Assembly: GCA_019748175.1 (NCBI GenBank)
Contig: JAIEPX010000012.1
Location: forward strand, 1,858-65,857
Source: Gammaproteobacteria bacterium
GTDB lineage: Bacteria > Pseudomonadota > Gammaproteobacteria > JAIEPX01
Direction: 5' to 3'
DNA length: 64,000 nucleotides
Shown: in pieces, positions 52,129 through 61,209 of the stretch
Layout: every line of letters starts with the position of its first letter
Position numbering within the stretch: the stretch's first letter is position 1
Position numbers and translations under genes: made by a program
The notes under the pieces: generated by a model
What the model was told of the DNA's origin: nothing
Seen by the model: the letters and a program-made list of their open reading frames with translations, nothing else
Databases searched by the model: none

Positions 52129-54690
52129 TTATTCACTCACTTTTTCGTTAATTCTGCAGACTGATGCAAGATGACAGTACAAGCAGGTTGTAGGATATTT
52201 TTTTGGATCAACAACTGCTTTACCCATAGCAAAATCATTGGCTAAAGCTGTTAAGTTAATTTCCCATTCATTTAAAAGCTTTTCCCAGGGAATAGGGGAG
52301 GCTTTGATATTCGGTAATTGTCCCGCTTCTGCTGTAATGCCATTAAATTTCACACTCTGGACACGAATTTGTGCAAACGCAAGTCCTCTGATTCGTTCAG
52401 AATCGTGAAGAGCATAAAGAGGCAATTGAGGTTCGTCCGGACGCTCACCAAACCAACTTTGTGGGGAAGGACTTCCTGTTTTGTAATCAATGATGATATG
52501 AGACCCATCTTTTAAAGTATCAATGCGGTCCACCTGTAGTCGCAAATTTAATTTTCCTATGGAAAAGCTAAAAGGTTCCTCAATCGCAGTTACGATGAAA
52601 TCTGATCGTGATTTTTCTAATGTTAACCATTGTTGCACCAGTTTAGTTAATCGGGTCATTTCTAAATCGCGTAGTGGTGTGCTTAATTCATTCACGATAT
52701 TCGATACAATTTTTTGTATCAAACCATTAAGATTTTCTTGGCTAATGTGTTGCAATTCTGTGCTATTACCTAATTCACGCCATATTTCTGCCATGACTTC
52801 ATGGACTAAACTTCCTCGTTCAGCAGGTGATAACCCTAGTTCAACTTCCTCAAAGGGCTGTGCCTTTAAGCGAATTTCTGCAAAGGCTCTAAAGGGACAT
52901 TCCGCTTGTCGTTGTAGAATGGTCGCACCCCCTCTTATTTTTTCTGAATCTTGTAAAGGTGGTGCGATATCATCCACCCAATTTTCTAAAAGTGCCTTCA
53001 CGGTAGGCAGTGTAGGGAGTTCGAGTTGAAGTTGAGTCAAAGAAGTTTCAGTAAAATTCAAAATCAGTGGACTAGGTGATAATTCACGTTGTTCCTCGGT
53101 CTTTTGAAGAGAATAACTGGCAATAAGATGAGAGGTTGAATGAGATAATCGCTGCATTATCCGTTGTGCATATTCCAGTTCATGTGTGCTGCTCGAACGA
53201 GGCACACCTACTTTACGTTGCAATTGTACAGGAAGAAATGGATTTGGTGATGATGGCCGTGGCCATGTATCATCATTCATGCTAGTAATCCACACCTTAT
53301 CAAAAAATAATCCACTGGCTTCTAATAACCCTAGCACTTGGATGGGTGCATGATGATCTGATTGGCCCTGAAAGAGTGTTTTAGATAATAAATCGCGCAG
53401 AACATCGATCGCTTGTTGGAAAGAATGGGTGTTCAAAATCCCATCCAATCCTGCATAATACTGTAGTTTTTGCTGAAAACTGTTCACACACTGATATTCA
53501 ATACTGCTTAAATTGCGTTCGCCTGGCCATCCAAAATGGGTAAGGGTATTTTTAATCACCTTTGCCCACTCACTAGGAAATCGATGCCTGGAATTATCGC
53601 GCAAATATTCAACATTAAATAAAGAAAATAATTTTGGACAACTAGTTGTTTTTTGTAGTAGTCCTACCAATTCTGTCAGCTTGAATCCTTCATGATGAAA
53701 ACTTCGTAATTCTCTATCTAAAATCGCACGCTGATCTCTTTCTTCAATGGCACCATGTAAATAGGGCGATAAAAGCAGAGGCGTTAGTTTTGACAATTGT
53801 AAAGATTGACCACTCACGAGCTCGAGCAATGTTATCAGTGTCTGTACCATTGAAAAGCTCAACAGTGAATCACCGCCGGATATATTAACGGCCTTATTAA
53901 AATCATGCTTAAACTCTTCGAAAAAAGCACGTTCCACATTGATTCTATCGGAAAGCAATTCAGGAACAATACATCCACACTGTAGTTGCGGATTTTCAAG
54001 CCAATTTTTTTTTGCCCACTGCGCTAACAAATGAAATTCTGTCTTACGATCATTCAAAACTATCTTCTTCGTAGTCGCTTGTGAGATGGGTTGCTGAGGA
54101 ATAATAATTTTTGTTGTAGAAGATAGTGCATCCAATAAAATTTGAACTGAAGGAGGCACAGTATCAAATCCAACCAAATAAAGTCGTTGAGGACATTGAT
54201 CGCGTAAAGAGGGTAGAGCATTTAATAGCAGCTCAGGTAACAGCGTTTCATCACACCAATTATTCTCTTCACAGCGTTTTTGAAATTCACGTGCCCACTG
54301 TAAAAAAACCTTCACTTCTTCATATTCACTACTTTCTAAGATGGCATAGGGGATTCTCCATTGATGAGTGTATTGCCAGGCTTCCTGTGCCAACTCAGCT
54401 GCTCGTTGGTAGTCCAATAAAGGAGCATCGTTAGTGAATTCTTTTAGAATACCTTGCCAAATCCATAGCCTTGTCACCGAATCCAGCAATAGCTGTGGCC
54501 TCCGTAAATGGGCCCAAAGATTACTTAACCAGTTTGATAGGGGTAGAATCGCGGGTGTCAACCAGGCCTTATTTTGTCCACAATGAGCCTGTTCGAACTG
54601 ATGCAGCAAATGGGTCGCTAGGCGTCGATTCGCTGTAATAACCAGGTCTTGAGGGGTTATCTCCATTAAAAAACGATGATCCAGTGTCAT
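52129..54690 (-). CDS. addB: Helicase/nuclease subunit B (AddB-like)
   Basis: 853 aa, immediately upstream of addA and co-oriented with it. C-terminal nuclease motif IIDYKTG. Terminal Cys cluster CLYCHLASVC consistent with an AddB Fe-S domain. Confidence 0.7.
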   Translation of the reverse strand: MTLDHRFLMEITPQDLVITANRRLATHLLHQFEQAHCGQNKAWLTPAILPLSNWLSNLWAHLRRPQLLLDSVTRLWIWQGILKEFTNDAPLLDYQRAAELAQEAWQYTHQWRIPYAILESSEYEEVKVFLQWAREFQKRCEENNWCDETLLPELLLNALPSLRDQCPQRLYLVGFDTVPPSVQILLDALSSTTKIIIPQQPISQATTKKIVLNDRKTEFHLLAQWAKKNWLENPQLQCGCIVPELLSDRINVERAFFEEFKHDFNKAVNISGGDSLLSFSMVQTLITLLELVSGQSLQLSKLTPLLLSPYLHGAIEERDQRAILDRELRSFHHEGFKLTELVGLLQKTTSCPKLFSLFNVEYLRDNSRHRFPSEWAKVIKNTLTHFGWPGERNLSSIEYQCVNSFQQKLQYYAGLDGILNTHSFQQAIDVLRDLLSKTLFQGQSDHHAPIQVLGLLEASGLFFDKVWITSMNDDTWPRPSSPNPFLPVQLQRKVGVPRSSSTHELEYAQRIMQRLSHSTSHLIASYSLQKTEEQRELSPSPLILNFTETSLTQLQLELPTLPTVKALLENWVDDIAPPLQDSEKIRGGATILQRQAECPFRAFAEIRLKAQPFEEVELGLSPAERGSLVHEVMAEIWRELGNSTELQHISQENLNGLIQKIVSNIVNELSTPLRDLEMTRLTKLVQQWLTLEKSRSDFIVTAIEEPFSFSIGKLNLRLQVDRIDTLKDGSHIIIDYKTGSPSPQSWFGERPDEPQLPLYALHDSERIRGLAFAQIRVQSVKFNGITAEAGQLPNIKASPIPWEKLLNEWEINLTALANDFAMGKAVVDPKKYPTTCLYCHLASVCRINEKVSE

Positions 54691-54832
54691 CCATTAAGTC
54701 CTAATAAAGTGAACGGTGGGCTGTTCTACAGTGCTTTAATTGTGTTACACTATAACCACACTCGTTATGAGTCAACAACGGTCTCCGTTGAGCAGAATGT
54801 AGTTTAAAGGAACAACACAGACAGAGTGATCA

Positions 54833-55579
54833 ATGAAAAAGTCGCTTATACAAAAAAAAACGCTACTTGAAGCTATTGGAGAGCTGAGTATTCCTGACGT
54901 TCAAAAACTACTCCTTGGACGTGAAAACCCCAACCAACCCACAACGCCCGACAGATCTGATCAGCCAAAAATCTTACTTCAGGCGGTTTTAGATACCTTT
55001 AAAACGTGCAAAGATAAAACCAATCAAAATAAATACAAAATTATCGCAGAGTTATTGTGGATTTTTAAAGGTACCACTGACCCTAAAGCCCCCTATACTG
55101 AAGCGGAGGCTTACCTTATTTCTCAAAGAGCTCAACTCCAACGCGATTATCCTGAGGTGTTTGATTTTAATGATCCCGTGTTATGTCTTTGCTACGCAAT
55201 CCATTCAGCACTCATCGATACTACTTTAGAGGGTTATCAGCAAGGATATAAATTGTTAGAGAATATACTTAATACTTTTTCAAAAAATCGTACAGCTGGT
55301 GTAAAATATTTCATTGACGAACTATCACGAACTCAAAAAAGTTTTTTTGGTAATGTTTATCCAACTTCTTTAGACTCTAATAATTTTCAATGTGCCGTTC
55401 TTAGGGCTATTTTGCGCGATACAAATCTACTGAAAGTTTTGAATATTAAAGCCATACCAGAAGACAGTTTTAACCAAGATTCTGGTTTAAGAACTAAACT
55501 ACGTGAAACATTAATTCGTAGCCTGAAAAATTATAACGCCCAAACCTCAGATATACTGGAATGTGAGTTTACTCTTTGA
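54833..55579 (+). CDS. Hypothetical protein (effector-like ORFan)
   Basis: 248 aa, no recognisable motif. A family-3 repeat lies just after its stop codon. Confidence 0.45.
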   Translation: MKKSLIQKKTLLEAIGELSIPDVQKLLLGRENPNQPTTPDRSDQPKILLQAVLDTFKTCKDKTNQNKYKIIAELLWIFKGTTDPKAPYTEAEAYLISQRAQLQRDYPEVFDFNDPVLCLCYAIHSALIDTTLEGYQQGYKLLENILNTFSKNRTAGVKYFIDELSRTQKSFFGNVYPTSLDSNNFQCAVLRAILRDTNLLKVLNIKAIPEDSFNQDSGLRTKLRETLIRSLKNYNAQTSDILECEFTL

Positions 55580-55592
55580 AATCAGCAACACT

Positions 55593-55660
55593 GTATTGAG
55601 TAACCAAAATATCCAAAAATCCATAATCGAAAGATGCTGAGGCGCTGGGGATATTGACCA
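55593..55660. repeat. Repeat family 3, copy C
   Basis: attgagtaaccaaaatatccaaaaatccataatcgaaagatgctgaggcgctggggatattgacc aligns with copy A (22893-22950). Confidence 0.55.
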
Positions 55661-55711
55661 ATCGCAGCGATGGCGTTACCATGTAACATTAGGACTTGAA
55701 AAGGATACGAC

Positions 55712-56212
55712 ATGATTCTTATACACACCAATTATGGCGATATCGCCATCAAACTGGACACGGAAAACACACCTAAAACTGCTGAAAACTTCATAAACTA
55801 CGTCAAAAGTGGCTTTTATGATGGGACAATATTTCACCGTGTTATTAAAGGATTCATGATCCAAGGTGGTGGATTTGAGCAAGGAATGATTCATAAACCT
55901 ACCCAAGAGCCCATCCAAAACGAAGCGCCTAAATCAATGAAAAATAAAATTGGAACCATTGCGATGGCACGTACTTCGGATCCCCATTCCGCAAGTTCAC
56001 AATTTTTTATCAACGTTTCTGACAATCATTTCCTCGATTTTAAATCAACCCAGGAAGATGGTTGGGGATATTGTGTTTTTGGTGAAATAGTTAACGGGAT
56101 CGATGTCGTTAACAAAATCAGCCTGGTCCAAACAACTTCTCGTGCAGGACATGCTGATGTACCAAGCGAAGACGTGATTATACAATCAATTGAAATGCTC
56201 GACTCACAATAA
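55712..56212 (+). CDS. ppiB: Cyclophilin-type peptidyl-prolyl cis-trans isomerase B
   Basis: 166 aa. [14 protein letters not shown] and SQFFI motifs. Confidence 0.85.
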   Translation: MILIHTNYGDIAIKLDTENTPKTAENFINYVKSGFYDGTIFHRVIKGFMIQGGGFEQGMIHKPTQEPIQNEAPKSMKNKIGTIAMARTSDPHSASSQFFINVSDNHFLDFKSTQEDGWGYCVFGEIVNGIDVVNKISLVQTTSRAGHADVPSEDVIIQSIEMLDSQ

Positions 56213-56215
56213 TCC

Positions 56216-57343
56216 GTGAAAACAATGAATGCCCACTCGATCAGGTATGATCAACAAAACAATATTATCTATTGTCAAGGTGACTGGCGAGTTGGAAAAT
56301 TAAGCAATGTCGAAAACCAAATTAAGGCCATTTTGGAAATTATCAAATCTCCTGTCATCATCGATGGCGGAGAACTCACCTATTTGGATAGTGGTGGAGC
56401 TTGGTTAATTTACAGAACCATTAATCGTCTCAAAAAAACCAAAATCAGTTCTACGCTGGAAAATTTTAGTCAACAACAAACCAATTTATTTTCCTTAATT
56501 CAAGAAAAAATGGAATCACTCACACACTCAGAAAAACCTATTGAACAGTACAATTTTTTTTCATTAATTGGAAAAGAAACCGTAAAGCGTGTGATCGGAG
56601 CGCTAGAATTTTTATCTTTTGTGGGTGAAGTCAGTATTGTTATTCGCGGAATTTTTGGTCGAGCTAGACGGTTTCAAGGTAAAGCCATTCTTCGGATTAT
56701 TGAAGACGCTGGCTATCATGCACTGCCCATCATTGCTTTACTCTCATTTTTAGTTGGCATCGTGCTAGCCTACCAACTTGGGAGACAACTCGAAACTTAT
56801 GGTGCCAATATTTATATTGTCGATTTATCAGGCATGGCAATTTTACGTGAATTTGGACCTTTAATCACAGCTATTATTGTCGCAGGACGTACAGGATCAT
56901 CCTTTACTGCTCAAATTGGATTAATGAAAGTCAACGAAGAAATCGATGCATTAAAAACCTTAGGACTATCACCACTGAATCGAATAGTCGTTCCACGATT
57001 GATAGGGACCATTCTCTCAATTCCTCTTTTAACTATCTGGGCAAATTTTTTTGCTGTTTTTGGCAGTATGGTTATGGCAAGAAACATGCTCGGAATTACC
57101 CCGGCAGATTTTTTATCTCGCTTTGCAGATAGCATCGATGCAACGACATTATGGACTGGATTAGGTAAAACACCCGTATTTGGTATCGCAATTGCCTTGG
57201 TCGGCTGCTTTCAAGGTTTTAGAGTGAACTATACTGCTGAAAGTATTGGAGCCCATACTACTATGAGCGTGGTCCAAGCAATCTTTTTAATCATTGTAAT
57301 AGACGCAATTTTTTCCGTACTTTATAGCTGGGCAGGTCTTTGA
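56216..57343 (+). CDS. MlaE/YrbE-family ABC permease with N-terminal STAS-like extension
   Basis: About 110-aa N-terminal STAS-like segment, then an MlaE-type transmembrane domain. Overlaps the ATPase gene (ATGA). Confidence 0.7.
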   Translation: MKTMNAHSIRYDQQNNIIYCQGDWRVGKLSNVENQIKAILEIIKSPVIIDGGELTYLDSGGAWLIYRTINRLKKTKISSTLENFSQQQTNLFSLIQEKMESLTHSEKPIEQYNFFSLIGKETVKRVIGALEFLSFVGEVSIVIRGIFGRARRFQGKAILRIIEDAGYHALPIIALLSFLVGIVLAYQLGRQLETYGANIYIVDLSGMAILREFGPLITAIIVAGRTGSSFTAQIGLMKVNEEIDALKTLGLSPLNRIVVPRLIGTILSIPLLTIWANFFAVFGSMVMARNMLGITPADFLSRFADSIDATTLWTGLGKTPVFGIAIALVGCFQGFRVNYTAESIGAHTTMSVVQAIFLIIVIDAIFSVLYSWAGL

Positions 57344-58113
57344 TGAAGAACGACGAAACAATCATTGAAGTTCGAGGACTCTGTAATTTTCTAGGCGGTA
57401 ATTGGGTACATAAAAATCTTGATCTAACAATTAAAAAGGGTGAACTCTATGCCATAGTGGGCGGTAGTGGAAGTGGTAAAACGACACTTTTACGCAGTTT
57501 GTTGATGTTGCAAAAACCAACAAGCGGAACAATTAAAATATTCGGGATTGATGTTGTAAATGCATCAGCAAAAGATGCTCAACATGTTCGACATCGTTGG
57601 GGAATGTTGTTTCAACATGGTGCTTTGTTTAGCTCATTGACTGTTTTGGAAAATGTATTATTTCCTTTGAAAGAATTTACAAAATTAAGTCCAGCATTAT
57701 TGACAGAAATCGCGATGATGAAAATTGCTCTCACCGGATTGCATGAAGATGCAGCGTATAAATTACCCGGTGAGCTGAGCGGCGGAATGTTGAAACGAGC
57801 AGCTTTATCACGCGCTCTTGCTCTAGACCCAGAATTACTTTTTTTAGACGAGCCAACATCTGGACTTGACCCTCAAGGTGCTGACGAATTTGATGAGCTA
57901 ATAAAAGCTTTGAAGGAAGCGCTTAATTTAACCATCGTCATGGTTAGTCACGACCTCGATTCGCTATGGGGAGTTTCGGACAAAGTAGCCTTTATAGGCG
58001 AGGGCAGAGTGCTGGCAGAGCAAACCATGGCGGAGCTCATCGAGAACCCTAATCCTATCATCAAAAGTTATTTCAAAGGGCCACGTGGGCAGGTAAGACA
58101 AAAGAGAGAATAG
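57340..58113 (+). CDS. ABC transporter ATP-binding protein (MlaF-like)
   Basis: Walker A GGSGSGKTT, signature LSGGMLKR, and Walker B LLFLDEPTSGLD. Confidence 0.85.
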   Translation: MMKNDETIIEVRGLCNFLGGNWVHKNLDLTIKKGELYAIVGGSGSGKTTLLRSLLMLQKPTSGTIKIFGIDVVNASAKDAQHVRHRWGMLFQHGALFSSLTVLENVLFPLKEFTKLSPALLTEIAMMKIALTGLHEDAAYKLPGELSGGMLKRAALSRALALDPELLFLDEPTSGLDPQGADEFDELIKALKEALNLTIVMVSHDLDSLWGVSDKVAFIGEGRVLAEQTMAELIENPNPIIKSYFKGPRGQVRQKRE

Positions 58114-58263
58114 GCGGTATTTTTCGCCGAAGGATAATCATTTGCATTCAAGGTTTAGAAGATCAACTCGCGATCAGATATATTAGCGGAGAGAAATGCT
58201 GCACTGCTCGATAACTAAGTAATAATCTGCTAAAATAACCCAGAGATACCCAAGGACTGGAGT

Positions 58264-59127
58264 ATGGATACCAAAGTTAATTACATCATTGTTGGTTTGT
58301 TTATGGCAATCCTAACGCTTGCCATTATCGGTGCAACGATTTGGCTTGCTGGTATTCATAGCACCCATCGTTATAATACTTACGTCACCTATATGGATGA
58401 AGCCGTCACTGGATTAAGTGAAAAAGCACCCATCAAGTTCAATGGAGTTGAAGTTGGTTTCGTCGATAAAATTAATTTAAACCCTCAAAATCCACAACAA
58501 GTGCGATTATTGTTAAAAATTCAAGAGCGCACACCTATTAATGAAGCGACTCGGTCTTCTTTACTCGTACAAGGTCTAACGGGCATTGCATTTGTAGGGC
58601 TGACAGCTGAAAAAACGCATGCGCCGATCTTAAAAATAAAACCTGGTGAAATGTATCCTGTAATTCAATCAAAACCATCATTATTATTTCGACTCGATCA
58701 AACAGTGCAATCAATGTCTGAAAATATCACATCCGTAGCAAAAAATTTAAATGACGTAATGAGTGATGAAAACAAATCATCCTTGAAAGGTAGCTTAAAA
58801 AATCTACAAGAAATCACTGCCACATTCGAAAAAAACTCACAAAACATCGACGATACTTTAAGATCATTGAATAAATTAATCGATAACAGTGCTAAAGCAA
58901 GTGATAAATTACCTGCATTAATGACTCAACTAGAAACCTCCTTAAAAGCAGGTAAACAAAGCATGCAAAGTTTATCACAACAAACTTTACCCGCTGCAGA
59001 CCAGATGATTCTAAAATTCAAACGGTCGCTTGATAACATCGAAGAGTTAACAGATGAATTGAGTAAAAATCCTTCAATGTTAATTCGAGGTAAAGCTCCA
59101 GTTGCAAAAGGCCCAGGAGAAAAATAG
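58264..59127 (+). CDS. MCE-domain substrate-binding protein (MlaD-like)
   Basis: N-terminal transmembrane helix and an MCE domain (PIKFNGVEVGFV). Confidence 0.7.
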   Translation: MDTKVNYIIVGLFMAILTLAIIGATIWLAGIHSTHRYNTYVTYMDEAVTGLSEKAPIKFNGVEVGFVDKINLNPQNPQQVRLLLKIQERTPINEATRSSLLVQGLTGIAFVGLTAEKTHAPILKIKPGEMYPVIQSKPSLLFRLDQTVQSMSENITSVAKNLNDVMSDENKSSLKGSLKNLQEITATFEKNSQNIDDTLRSLNKLIDNSAKASDKLPALMTQLETSLKAGKQSMQSLSQQTLPAADQMILKFKRSLDNIEELTDELSKNPSMLIRGKAPVAKGPGEK

Positions 59128-59128
59128 T

Positions 59129-59737
59129 ATGAAAAAAATGTTGATACCATTAACATGTTCAATTTTTATTTGCAGTTGTAGTTTATTCTCTCCGCAAAAA
59201 ACACCCGAAATATCAACCTATACTCTTTCTGCCCATGATAGAGTTTATCATGCCACAACTCATAAAACTAAAAAGATCACATTAATAGTGAATACACCTA
59301 CAGCAGTCACTGGTTATGATTCACGCAAAATGATTTACTCAAAAAAACGCTATGAATTAACCCACTTTGCTTTAAACCAATGGGCAGCTCCTCCATCAGA
59401 AATGATGCATCCGATTTTGGTTCAAAAATTGCGCGATACTGGTCAATTTAATGCGGTTATGAGCAATGAATACAATTCTAATCCACAATATGTTTTAAGA
59501 CTTCACTTAATAGAACTACAACAAAATTTTGCTGTGCAACCGAGCCAAATTCAAATGAAAATTCAAGCTGAAATATTAACCTCAAATGATAATAAAGTGA
59601 TTAAAACTCAGACATTTAATACTTCTATTAGGGCTTCACAAAATACACCGTACGGTGGTGTTTTGGCCGCAAATAAAGCAGTGGATTTACTACTAAATCA
59701 AATCGCTGAGTTCACGGTTCGATCACTTAATCACTAG
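59129..59737 (+). CDS. ABC-transport auxiliary lipoprotein (DUF330/YmbA/PqiC-like)
   Basis: Start refined to MKKMLIPLTCSIFICSC (lipoprotein signal) with AGGAG upstream. Fourth gene of the Mce-type transporter. Confidence 0.55.
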   Translation: MKKMLIPLTCSIFICSCSLFSPQKTPEISTYTLSAHDRVYHATTHKTKKITLIVNTPTAVTGYDSRKMIYSKKRYELTHFALNQWAAPPSEMMHPILVQKLRDTGQFNAVMSNEYNSNPQYVLRLHLIELQQNFAVQPSQIQMKIQAEILTSNDNKVIKTQTFNTSIRASQNTPYGGVLAANKAVDLLLNQIAEFTVRSLNH

Positions 59738-59768
59738 CTTAGAAAGACTGTTTTTTGACTGAAGAAAG

Positions 59769-59793
59769 TAGAGTAGAGTAGAGTAGAGTAGAG
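59769..59793. repeat. Pentanucleotide microsatellite (TAGAG)x5
   Basis: Five perfect tandem units between convergent genes, followed by a short GC hairpin (gcgcgg...ccgcg). Confidence 0.8.
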
Positions 59794-59834
59794 CGCGGAT
59801 GCTTATACACACCCGCGTTCAGCATTACGAGAAA

Positions 59835-60668
59835 TTAGCTATTGTTTGCAGTTGTAGGTGATTTTGAAGATTGAGCATTCGCTTTTTGGACATCGACTAG
59901 CTCAATAGTGAAAATAAGTGTCGCATTTGGTCCAATTTTGCCATGAGTTCCACGAGCACCATAAGCTAAATCAGCAGGCACATAAATTTCCCATTTTGAA
60001 CCTTTAGGCATTAATTTCAGGGCTTCTTTCCAAGCAGGAATTACACCATTTAAAGTAAACGCTGCAGGTTTATCACCTAATTCTTGACTCGTTGAGAAAA
60101 CTTCGCCATTAATTAAGCGCCCTGAGTAATTAACAAAAACTCTGTCTGTCTCACTAGGCGTAGGACCATTTCCTTTTGCTAGGACCTTATATTGAAGACC
60201 AGATTTTGTGATAGTAACACCGGGTTTTGATTTATTTTCTAATAGAAATTTATCACCTTCTTGTTTATTGGTATCGGCTAATTTTTTTAAATCTTCAAAT
60301 CGTTGCTGCATAGCTTGACGTTGAAAATTGATCAACTGACGCTGCATATCTTCTTTGCTAATTGTAGGCTGAGCTCCTGATAGACCTTGTTGAAAACCTT
60401 TGAGTAATTCACTTTGATTTAATTGCTTAAATTGTTCAATCAAATTTGAACCCATAGTGTATCCAATTGAAAAACTCACCTTATTGATATCAGCAGGTTG
60501 TGCATTTTGGTCAGCAGCATTATTAAGAGCATTACTTGGATTTGTAGGTTGTACTGCTTGAACAGTTGAATTAGTTTGAGCATTCTTTGAAGCTGGAATC
60601 GCAAATGCCGATGAAACGCCTATTACAGTGGCTGTAAACAGCGCAATAGATAAATAACGAACTTGCAT
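59835..60668 (-). CDS. mip: FKBP-type peptidyl-prolyl cis-trans isomerase, Mip/FkpA family (macrophage infectivity potentiator-like)
   Basis: Signal peptide, dimerisation helix, and a C-terminal FKBP domain. That domain is closely similar to Legionella Mip as recalled (GLQYKV..G.G..P...D.V.V.Y.G.LI.G.VFDS...PA.F....VIP.W.EAL.LMP.GS.WEIYVP..LAYG.R..GG.IGPN.TLIF.I.L). The N-terminus carries an extra N/Q-rich stretch. Confidence 0.8.
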   Translation of the reverse strand: MQVRYLSIALFTATVIGVSSAFAIPASKNAQTNSTVQAVQPTNPSNALNNAADQNAQPADINKVSFSIGYTMGSNLIEQFKQLNQSELLKGFQQGLSGAQPTISKEDMQRQLINFQRQAMQQRFEDLKKLADTNKQEGDKFLLENKSKPGVTITKSGLQYKVLAKGNGPTPSETDRVFVNYSGRLINGEVFSTSQELGDKPAAFTLNGVIPAWKEALKLMPKGSKWEIYVPADLAYGARGTHGKIGPNATLIFTIELVDVQKANAQSSKSPTTANNS

Positions 60669-61209
60669 AAGTATCTCCTTAATTTAATAGTAAACTTCGT
60701 AATTCGGATAGGGCATAAACAATCCAGTGCGTATACATGCTGATTGATTACGCAATATCTAAGCCAGGAGTTAAAGTATAGAGCAAATAGGCCATATTTA
60801 CACTGAGAAAAGTATGAAAATAGACCTATCACACTATTTCCTGTAAGGAAATTTACAGGAAATAGAGTTGTATATAAGTTGTTAAAATTGCTTTTTTTGA
60901 ATCATAAGAACCATTCAAAAATAATCTGATAAAATCAACTCTACTCTCTTTGTGATCTGAACATGCCGAGGCTTAACATCCCGAGCCGTTACTCATAACC
61001 ATTATTATGACGTTTACTTTTAAATCATATAGTAGGAAACGGCATATAATCATGATGGATAAAAATCGCTATTTAACATGGTGTTACAATATTATTCTAA
61101 TTTTATTAATTAAATATTTTTCTTGGCATTATCTATTGCTTTTTTACCTATTACTGATTATTATGTGCGAGTTGATATTTTTACAAACTTTTACAGGGAG
61201 AAAATAATT

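Noticed and set aside
48715-54690. Helicase-nuclease pair as a novel anti-phage defence system
   Set aside because: Motifs and gene order match the canonical AddB-AddA recombination-repair enzymes.
60670-61209. 540-bp AT-rich intergenic region upstream of the coiled-coil gene: looked for a tRNA or sRNA
   Set aside because: No cloverleaf-compatible inverted repeats and no conserved boxes recognisable by eye. It is probably a promoter region. It would need Infernal or tRNAscan to exclude an RNA gene.
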